Assembly: GCA_964418775.1 (NCBI GenBank)
Contig: CAYQNA010000006.1
Span: forward strand, 1-47,712
Length of the DNA: 47,712 bases
Direction: 5' to 3'
DNA from: an uncultured Gammaproteobacteria bacterium
Lineage (GTDB): Bacteria > Patescibacteriota > Patescibacteriia > Magasanikbacterales > UBA922
Shown in pieces: positions 40,894-47,712 of this stretch (its first letter is position 1; each line of letters opens with the position of its first letter). The notes beneath the pieces were generated by a model. The model had not been told where the DNA came from. It was given only the letters and a program-made list of their open reading frames with translations, and ran no database searches. Position numbers and translations under genes: made by a program.

Positions 40894-42009
40894 ATGGTGC
40901 CGGAACGAATTAAAATTTTTGATGCTGTGCGAGCAGCGGCCACGATTGCGGTTTTTGTTTTTCACGCCGGCTACTGGCTCCCATTTTCCGACCCTGGTGC
41001 CCTGAACCCTTTTTCTGCAAATGGTGCTATTAATTGGCATCACTTTGTTTACACCTTTGGCACGGTTGGGGTTAGTGTATTTTTTGTACTCAGTGGTTTC
41101 TTGTTGTTTTACCAAATGTATAAACACCAAGAAAAGTTAACTAAACAAGGCCTCAAAGATTACCTTAAAAAAAGATTGTTGCGCATTTTACCGCTCTATA
41201 TTTTTTCAATATTTTTTATTGTCCTGGTATTTAGACCTGAAATCCTGGGAGTAGACGGTGCGGTTAAGGCGATTATTTATAACCTGCTTTTTATTCGCGG
41301 CATCCATGCTGACGGAGCCAGCAAAATTACGATTAACCCAGTGTTCTGGTCACTAATTATCGAGGTGCACTTCTACGTCATTCTGCCAATTTTTTACGCC
41401 ATATTCTACAAATATCAACGCGCGTTTTGGTTTTTCTTGTTAGCCCTGCTTGGATTTGGATACCGTGTGGCTTTGGTTTCCCTGCTCGAAAATCCAACCA
41501 TGCAATTCCTACGTTTTACACCGGCTAATTTTGATTTTTTTGCCTTTGGCATGTTGGGTGCGTATTTGTTTATTCGATACAAAGACAAGTTGAAAAGATT
41601 TGGCCACCCGGCGGTGCAGTTTGGCTTAGTTGCTTTTTTCCTGGTGTTTATTCATGTATACGACCTGGACTTTGGGCCAACAACAGCATATCTGTTTGCC
41701 CCCACCCTGCTTGGCGCACTCACTGCAGCCACAATGTTGTCTTTCATGCTAAACCAGCATACCAAATTAGCGCGCGCAATTACTTGGGCACCAATTATGT
41801 TCATTGCTCAGATAAGTTTTAGTGTGTATATTTGGCACACCATGATTATTGAAGAAATTGAACCGTGGACCATGTCTGGGGTGGCAAAATTTGGCTTGGC
41901 CGCCGCGCTGACATTGATTTTTTCCACGATTACGTATTATGTAATTGAGGCGCCGTTTTTGAAGAAAAAAATTCCTAAACGCGAAACAGTAATTAATGAA
42001 GGTATGTAG
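40894..42009 (+). CDS. Acyltransferase family 3 (OatA/OafA-like) integral membrane O-acyltransferase
   Basis: FDAVRAAATIAVFVFHAGY and about 10 predicted TM helices. The ATG at 40894 lies 2 nt after the upstream stop. Confidence 0.85.
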   Translation: MVPERIKIFDAVRAAATIAVFVFHAGYWLPFSDPGALNPFSANGAINWHHFVYTFGTVGVSVFFVLSGFLLFYQMYKHQEKLTKQGLKDYLKKRLLRILPLYIFSIFFIVLVFRPEILGVDGAVKAIIYNLLFIRGIHADGASKITINPVFWSLIIEVHFYVILPIFYAIFYKYQRAFWFFLLALLGFGYRVALVSLLENPTMQFLRFTPANFDFFAFGMLGAYLFIRYKDKLKRFGHPAVQFGLVAFFLVFIHVYDLDFGPTTAYLFAPTLLGALTAATMLSFMLNQHTKLARAITWAPIMFIAQISFSVYIWHTMIIEEIEPWTMSGVAKFGLAAALTLIFSTITYYVIEAPFLKKKIPKRETVINEGM

Positions 42010-42010
42010 T

Positions 42011-43039
42011 ATGAAAATTCTTGGTATTGAATCATCATGCGATGACACTTCAGTGGCCCTGGTTGAGGCCAATGGCGATACGTTTACAGTGCTGGCGGAA
42101 AAAACTGCCAGTCAAATTGAGGTTCACAAGCAATACGGCGGTGTCGTGCCCGAAGTGGCTGGACGGCAACACGCCGAGGCGATTTTTCCCGTGATTGACG
42201 AGGTTATGCGCGGACAAGAGCGACCAGACGCAATTGCGGTGACGGCCGGGCCTGGTTTGATTACGGGCTTAGCAATTGGAGTTGAGGCTGCGCGCTCGTT
42301 GTCGTATTTGTGGGACATTCCACTAATCCGTACAAACCACATGGACGGACATGTACACTCGGTGCAAATTAAGCCCGAATCAACCCCACTCCAGTTCCCT
42401 GCCTTGGCCCTATTAGTATCCGGTGGACACACTGAATTGCTGTTGATGCACGACCATGGTCGCTACGAAAAACTAGGGGCAACACGCGATGATGCAGCTG
42501 GCGAATGTTTTGATAAAGTGGCAAAATTGTTGGGCTTGGAGTATCCAGGTGGACCAAAAATTTCGGCTTTGGCCAAAAACGGCAACACCCACGCAATTCC
42601 CTTGCCTCGCCCAATGATGCGCGAAGATAATTTTGATTTTAGTTTTGCCGGCTTGAAAACCGCGGCCCTATATTGGTTGCGTGACAATGAGCTCTCGGTT
42701 ACGCCACCTGGGCCAACCATGGAGGATTTTTGCGCGAGTCTGGAGCAAGCGATTACTGATGTAATTGTGAGCAAAACATGCCGAGCGGCCGAAGAATACA
42801 AACCAAAAACAATTATGCTTGGCGGCGGTGTGAGTGCCAATGAAAAAATCCGAGAGAGTTTGCGGGTAGCGTTGACTGAAGTTTTACCCGAGGCCACCTT
42901 CCTGGTACCTGATCGCCGCTACAGCATGGACAATGGGGCGATGATTGCGGTAGCTGGTTATTACCAAGCGCAAAAAAACAAGTTCACACCGTGGCGTGAA
43001 CTTGTGGCTGACCCTGCGTGGGAAGCGTACCTACCCTAA
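42011..43039 (+). CDS. tsaD: tRNA N6-adenosine threonylcarbamoyltransferase TsaD
   Basis: MKILGIESSCDDTSVAL, GGVVPEVAGRQH, LVSGGHTEL, DDAAGECFDKVAKLLGL.YPGGP and LGGGVSAN. Confidence 0.9.
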   Translation: MKILGIESSCDDTSVALVEANGDTFTVLAEKTASQIEVHKQYGGVVPEVAGRQHAEAIFPVIDEVMRGQERPDAIAVTAGPGLITGLAIGVEAARSLSYLWDIPLIRTNHMDGHVHSVQIKPESTPLQFPALALLVSGGHTELLLMHDHGRYEKLGATRDDAAGECFDKVAKLLGLEYPGGPKISALAKNGNTHAIPLPRPMMREDNFDFSFAGLKTAALYWLRDNELSVTPPGPTMEDFCASLEQAITDVIVSKTCRAAEEYKPKTIMLGGGVSANEKIRESLRVALTEVLPEATFLVPDRRYSMDNGAMIAVAGYYQAQKNKFTPWRELVADPAWEAYLP

Positions 43040-43482
43040 ACAGCAAGAGACAGACGACGAGTTGCTTTTGGAAATACAGCAACCTCGAGACGATCAAAAC
43101 GCTTATCCATGTCGGAAAATCGTTTATCCATCTCTGAAAAACGCTTGTTCATCTGTAAATCAAGCTGATAAAAATGATGCTCGTTTTTCGCAGCCAAAAC
43201 TTCCACATTGGCGAGACGATTATCTATATCATTAGCCTTTTTGACCAGAGAATCGTTGCTTGATTCCAACGACCCAACTCGCTCATCAAGACGATCAAGA
43301 TCTCGTTTTACTGCACCAAAGAACTCCATGGTTTCGGCATGATTGTCGTCTATTTTTTGTCCGAGTGAATCGAATCTTTGGTCTATTTTTTTGAATTGTG
43401 CACCAATAAACCCAAACTGGGTGTTGATTTGAGCAAAGCCAGCTTGCATTTCGCTTCTTAATGAAACTTTTTTTGTAGTCAT
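43036..43482 (-). CDS. 148-aa coiled-coil hypothetical protein with tandem (M)DKRF heptad-like repeats
   Basis: ORF with its own extended -10 promoter. The C-terminal motif is NKRFSEMDKRFSDMDKRFDRLE. There is a 4-nt convergent overlap with tsaD. Confidence 0.6.
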   Translation of the reverse strand: MTTKKVSLRSEMQAGFAQINTQFGFIGAQFKKIDQRFDSLGQKIDDNHAETMEFFGAVKRDLDRLDERVGSLESSNDSLVKKANDIDNRLANVEVLAAKNEHHFYQLDLQMNKRFSEMDKRFSDMDKRFDRLEVAVFPKATRRLSLAV

Positions 43483-43535
43483 ATTGTTTGATTGATATGA
43501 CCATTACCTACGGTCGGAGGGCGCTCCGGACTTTA

Positions 43536-43566
43536 ATTATAACACAGGCGTTTTAACGCGTGTCAA
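43536..43566 (-). promoter_or_regulatory. Putative extended -10 promoter (TTGACA-N19-[TGT]TATAAT) of the coiled-coil gene
   Basis: On the minus strand the -35 is at 43566-43561 and the -10 TATAAT at 43541-43536, preceded by TGT. A CGGAG-NNNN-CTCCG hairpin lies in the 5' UTR. Confidence 0.45.
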
Positions 43567-43569
43567 GAC

Positions 43570-46500
43570 CTAACTATCGACCGTCACGTGCCCTTCGCCA
43601 AGTAGTGTTTGTAATTCAGTTGAGGAAGCATCATTCCAGGCAATTTGCACACCGGCTTTAATTACACTGGCACCTACTTGCAAATACACGGCATAATTCC
43701 CGGTGTGACGCGCGAAAATTTGTTTGAGTCCCTCGGTGTGTTGTTTGAGTTCATCAGCCGTGAGGATAATACGCACATATTTCTCGGGCTCTGGGGGTGC
43801 ACTGGAGCGTGTTTGACTGCCACCATGACCAAGCTGCAATTGACGCGCCAAGTCTGCGGCCGACCGCGCGTCGAGTGCGTACGCATTTTCCACAAAAATT
43901 TTGTTGTCCCCTTCTTCGCGGGGTGTTTTGCCTACAATGCACACGACATTGCGCTCGGTCCACAGGGCTTTAGTTTTTTCAAATGTTTTTGGGAACACAA
44001 GCAATTCCATGGGCCCGCTCGTGTCCTGAACATTTACAAACAACATGATATCGCCCTTTTTGGTGATTTTTTTAGTAATTACTTCAACGACACCCAAGCA
44101 CACTACCCAACTGTCACGCGCAGCAAATTCCACTTCGCTTAGAGGTGTCACAACATTTTTAAAATAGCCAACAAATGGATCGAGTGGGTGCGCCGACAAA
44201 TACAGGCCTAGTAAATCTTTTTCCCACGTTAATTTTTCGTCAGTAGTCGCAAGTGGCGCTGGTTTCAAAGTTACGGCCGTAGCACTATCAAGCGTAGTGC
44301 CAGCAAACAAAGAATTCTGTTGACTCGTGGCCTGCTCGCGAATTGTGCGTGCAAAACCTAAAATATTTTCGACATTAGCGAGTAACAACCCCCGATCAAA
44401 GCCAAATCCACTAAAGGCACCAGTTTGAATTAAACTTTCGAGTGATTTTTTGTTTAAATCTTTGTCCTGAATGCGCGTCAAAAAATCTTCCAAACTCTGG
44501 TACTGCCCGTTTTCCTTGCGCTCGCGGTAAATCACGTCACAAATATGTTCGCCCACATTTTTGATCGCGTTTAAACCAAACCGAATGCGACCTGGTTCAC
44601 CTGGCTTACTAACCATCGCAAAGCTGCGGAAACTTTCGTTCACATCTGGAGGCAACACCTCGATTCCCATGCGTTTACATTCCTGCACAATTTCCGCGAC
44701 CTTGTCGAGGTCGCTAGCTTCGGCCTGCAAAATCGCGGTCATAAATTGAACCGGATAATGCGCCTTCATGTACGCAGTCTGATACGCCACAATCCCGTAA
44801 CTAGCCGCATGGGCTTTGTTAAAACCATACGCCGCAAACGGCTCAATTGCCTTCCACAGCTCATCAATCACTTCTTTTTTTACTTTACCAATTTTTTCGC
44901 ACCCATCGTAAAATTGAATTTTTTGCTTGGCCATTTCTTCGGGAATTTTTTTACCCATGGCTTTGCGGAATTTATCAGCTTCCATCCAGTCATAGCCAGC
45001 CAATTTAATGGCGGTCAACATAACATCATCCTGATACACCAACAGACCGTATGAGGCCCCCAAAATATCTTCCAAACGCGGGTCCAAAAACTTCACCGCC
45101 TCGGGGTGGTATTTACGGTTAATGTATTCGGGAATTGATTCCATTGGGCCTGGGCGGTACAACGCCACCATGGCCATAATGTCCTCGATGCGGTTTGGCT
45201 TAAGTTCTTTGAGCCACCGCGTCATACCCGAACCACCAAGCTGAAACACACCCATGGTTTCGCCGCGGGCTAACATTTCGTACACCTTTTTATCATCGAG
45301 CGGTAAATTATAAATATCCACCACATCGCCCGTAGTCTTTTTTACAAACTCAACGGCGTTTCCCAAAATCGCTAAGTTGCGAATTCCCAAAAAGTCGTTT
45401 TTGAGCACACCCGCAGTTTCAACTGATTTCATTTCGTATTGCGTGGTTAGGCGCGTACCACCAACTTCGTATTGCACGGGCGCAAAATCAGTGAGCGCAG
45501 TTGGGGCAATTACCACCCCAGCCGCATGAATCGAGGTGTGACGCGCACAACCCTCGACTTTTTGGGCCAGGTCTAGCAAACGCTTAACCTCGACATTGCT
45601 GTCGTACAATTTTTTTAAATCTGGTTCCTCTTGCAGCGCACGACCAATTGTCATGGGGAAACCCTGCGCCCCTGGGGGAATTAATTTGGCCACCTGGTCG
45701 CCAAATGAATACGAAAAACCAAGCGCGCGGTTAACATCACGCACACTGGCACGCGCAGCCATGGTTCCAAACGTAATAATTTGAGCCACTTTGTCTGACC
45801 CATATTTTTCAGTCACGTATTTAATCATGTCATCGCGACGGTCGTCGGCAAAGTCCGTATCAATATCTGGTGCGCTAGGGCGGAATGGATTCAAAAAGCG
45901 CTCGAACGGTAAGTTAAACCGCATCGGATCCACAGTCGTAATACCCATGACATACGACACCAACGAACCAGCGGCCGAACCACGTGTGGATTCTACAATC
46001 CCATTAGCTTTGGCATAACGCACATAATCAGCCACACAAATAAAATACGGCGAATACCCTTTTTTGCGAATAATATCAAGCTCGTAATCAATGCGGGTCT
46101 GTAACTCGGGTGTAACCTCGGGATAATACATGGTGATGCGACTATTGGCCTCTTCGGTCAACACATCATCCGCAGTTTTTCCGGGCGGCAAATCAACCGG
46201 TGCAAAGTGCCAAACGTTGAGTGGAATTTGAATATCCACGCGAGCCGCAATTTTGGCCGTGTTGGCAATGGCTTCGGGCACATGGCGAAAACGTGAGGCA
46301 ATATCATCACCATCAGCAAGCGAACGGTCAACGGCGCGGTAATCTTCGCGGTCAACTTGGTCCACTTTCCAACCATTCGCAATGCAGCGCAAAATATCTT
46401 GCGCCTCGGCATCGCCTGGTTCAAGATAATGTACATCGCGTGTAGCCACCAGTGGAATTCCGGTTTCTTTGGCTAATTGAATTAATTTAGTATTCACTTG

Positions 46501-47055
46501 CACTTGGCCGGGTATTGCCGGATGGTCTTCGAGTTCCAAATAAAAATAATCTGGCCCAAAAATTTCCTGGTACTCGAGCGCCGCCCTCTTGGCTTCTTCG
46601 TCGCGCCCTGACTTGTACAAGCTTGGTACCTCGCCGGCAATTGGACCCGATAGCGCAATGATTCCCGCATGGTACTTGCGGAGCAGCTCCTTGTCCACAC
46701 GCGGTTTATTGTTGGCAAAACCCTCCAAGTGCCCAAAAGAGGACAGTAGCATGAGGTTACGATAGCCTTCATAATTTTCGGCCAAAAGCACCAAATTGTA
46801 CGCCCCACCTGCGTCGCCATCTTTTTCAAACCGCGAACCCGGGGCCACATAGGCCTCGAACCCAATAATTGGCTTAATTTCCTGCTCCAAACAGGCCTGG
46901 TAAAACTCAATGGCCCCATACATAGAGCCATAGTCTGTAAGCGCCAAAGCGGAAAAACCGTGTTTTTTTGCTACTTTAGCCAAAACCTTGGCCTTGGTTA
47001 GGCCGTTTAAAAGCGAATAGTGCGAGTGGACGTGTAGGTGAACAAAATCACTCAT
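43570..47055 (-). CDS. dnaE: DNA polymerase III alpha subunit
   Basis: PHP domain FVHLHVHSHYSLLNG, polymerase core (FERFLNPFRPSAPDIDTDF) and a C-terminal OB-fold region. Length 1,161 aa. Confidence 0.95.
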   Translation of the reverse strand: MSDFVHLHVHSHYSLLNGLTKAKVLAKVAKKHGFSALALTDYGSMYGAIEFYQACLEQEIKPIIGFEAYVAPGSRFEKDGDAGGAYNLVLLAENYEGYRNLMLLSSFGHLEGFANNKPRVDKELLRKYHAGIIALSGPIAGEVPSLYKSGRDEEAKRAALEYQEIFGPDYFYLELEDHPAIPGQVQVNTKLIQLAKETGIPLVATRDVHYLEPGDAEAQDILRCIANGWKVDQVDREDYRAVDRSLADGDDIASRFRHVPEAIANTAKIAARVDIQIPLNVWHFAPVDLPPGKTADDVLTEEANSRITMYYPEVTPELQTRIDYELDIIRKKGYSPYFICVADYVRYAKANGIVESTRGSAAGSLVSYVMGITTVDPMRFNLPFERFLNPFRPSAPDIDTDFADDRRDDMIKYVTEKYGSDKVAQIITFGTMAARASVRDVNRALGFSYSFGDQVAKLIPPGAQGFPMTIGRALQEEPDLKKLYDSNVEVKRLLDLAQKVEGCARHTSIHAAGVVIAPTALTDFAPVQYEVGGTRLTTQYEMKSVETAGVLKNDFLGIRNLAILGNAVEFVKKTTGDVVDIYNLPLDDKKVYEMLARGETMGVFQLGGSGMTRWLKELKPNRIEDIMAMVALYRPGPMESIPEYINRKYHPEAVKFLDPRLEDILGASYGLLVYQDDVMLTAIKLAGYDWMEADKFRKAMGKKIPEEMAKQKIQFYDGCEKIGKVKKEVIDELWKAIEPFAAYGFNKAHAASYGIVAYQTAYMKAHYPVQFMTAILQAEASDLDKVAEIVQECKRMGIEVLPPDVNESFRSFAMVSKPGEPGRIRFGLNAIKNVGEHICDVIYRERKENGQYQSLEDFLTRIQDKDLNKKSLESLIQTGAFSGFGFDRGLLLANVENILGFARTIREQATSQQNSLFAGTTLDSATAVTLKPAPLATTDEKLTWEKDLLGLYLSAHPLDPFVGYFKNVVTPLSEVEFAARDSWVVCLGVVEVITKKITKKGDIMLFVNVQDTSGPMELLVFPKTFEKTKALWTERNVVCIVGKTPREEGDNKIFVENAYALDARSAADLARQLQLGHGGSQTRSSAPPEPEKYVRIILTADELKQHTEGLKQIFARHTGNYAVYLQVGASVIKAGVQIAWNDASSTELQTLLGEGHVTVDS

Positions 47056-47149
47056 AGTGGAGCCATTGTACGGGTTTTTTGATATACTGACAATAGTGAT
47101 TGACTCCTTTACAAAAGCCCTTTATAATCCCAATAAATAACTGTTTTCT

Positions 47150-47677
47150 ATGAAAAAATACATTGCCGTGGCCACCAGTCTTCTTTTAGTCGGTTGGGGC
47201 TGCACAAACAACGGTAACGCAAAAATACCAAAAAATGCTATCGAAGCGATAGGGCCGACTACAGTCATCGTTCAGGATCAGGAGGTAGTCAACGGATCAC
47301 TACAGATTGCCCGTGCTGAATTTTCACAGGATGTATGGGTTGTGGTCCAAGCCGATGACAATGGCCAACCAGGTGCAGTGGTCGCTCGTTCGACCTATTC
47401 AGGACACGTGTTATCAAATTTACAACTTGAGCTGGCCAGTGATACAAACTCGCCTATCTTACACATAAGTGTACGGGCTGACGATGGTTCAAAAGGTCAA
47501 TATGAACCTGAAGGCGAAGACAAACTATTGTACTATCAGGGTAGTCTAGTAACCACAAAAATTAAAGCTACCTATAAAGGCAGCAGTAATAAACCGACCG
47601 TTGAGCAAAATCCTCAGGTTTACAAACCAAGTACCAGCTCGATTGAAACCGAAATTAACTTAGATTTGAAGATTTAG
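47150..47677 (+). CDS. Secreted (possible lipoprotein) hypothetical protein
   Basis: The signal peptide MKKYIAVATSLLLVGWGC has a non-canonical lipobox. The rest is predicted beta-rich, and no family was recognised. Confidence 0.6.
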   Translation: MKKYIAVATSLLLVGWGCTNNGNAKIPKNAIEAIGPTTVIVQDQEVVNGSLQIARAEFSQDVWVVVQADDNGQPGAVVARSTYSGHVLSNLQLELASDTNSPILHISVRADDGSKGQYEPEGEDKLLYYQGSLVTTKIKATYKGSSNKPTVEQNPQVYKPSTSSIETEINLDLKI

Positions 47678-47712
47678 TTAACAATCGGCCAACGTGATTG
47701 TAGTGCAACTTT

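Noticed and set aside
1-47712. Search for CRISPR arrays, rRNA genes, IS elements, toxin-antitoxin pairs and known defence-system signatures.
   Set aside because: No regularly spaced direct repeats, no rRNA-like conserved stretches and no transposase or nuclease hallmark motifs were recognised anywhere in the window.

Overview
This is a gene-dense bacterial segment made mostly of minus-strand housekeeping genes: rpsU, hisS, lepB, rpsP, smc, nrnA-like, clpP, frr, holB, mreB, rplJ-rplL, tsaD and dnaE, plus tRNA-Ile(GAT), tRNA-Val(GAC) and tRNA-Glu(TTC). No rRNA, CRISPR array, transposase or integrase is visible. Several traits suggest a Candidate Phyla Radiation / Patescibacteria-type genome, which is an inference: T4SS-pilin-like N-terminal modules, DUF4012, VanW, a half-size TsaB, a short SMC, and Lys/Ala-rich tails on core proteins. 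The main candidate for a new system is at 149..13313. It holds two adjacent genes (714 aa and about 3,530 aa) that share a VirB2/TrbC-like pilin module as N-terminal anchor, then diverge into large adhesin-like ectodomains with SbsA-like Ig domains, four IPT/TIG domains, about ten cysteine-rich CGNG..GE.CD repeats and a type-IV-pilin-head-like motif. A small membrane-anchored thrombospondin-type-3 (Ca-binding) repeat protein follows, and all appear co-transcribed with rpsU-yqeY. Secondary observations are listed here. (1) Two strongly GC-rich islets (16.3-16.8 kb and 38.9-40.5 kb) sit next to tRNA genes and encode small orphan, mostly envelope, proteins. (2) An orphan ~210-nt transcription unit has a perfect TTGACA-N17-TATAAT promoter, an intrinsic terminator and no ORF, making it a candidate ncRNA of unknown class. 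(3) The rplJ leader has a terminator hairpin 7 nt before the start codon. (4) Terminator hairpins contain the promoter elements of the next unit. (5) HisRS, S16 and a KH protein carry lysine-rich appended tails. (6) MreB is embedded in a glycosyltransferase/DUF4012 envelope cluster. All family assignments come from motif recognition by eye. No searches were run.
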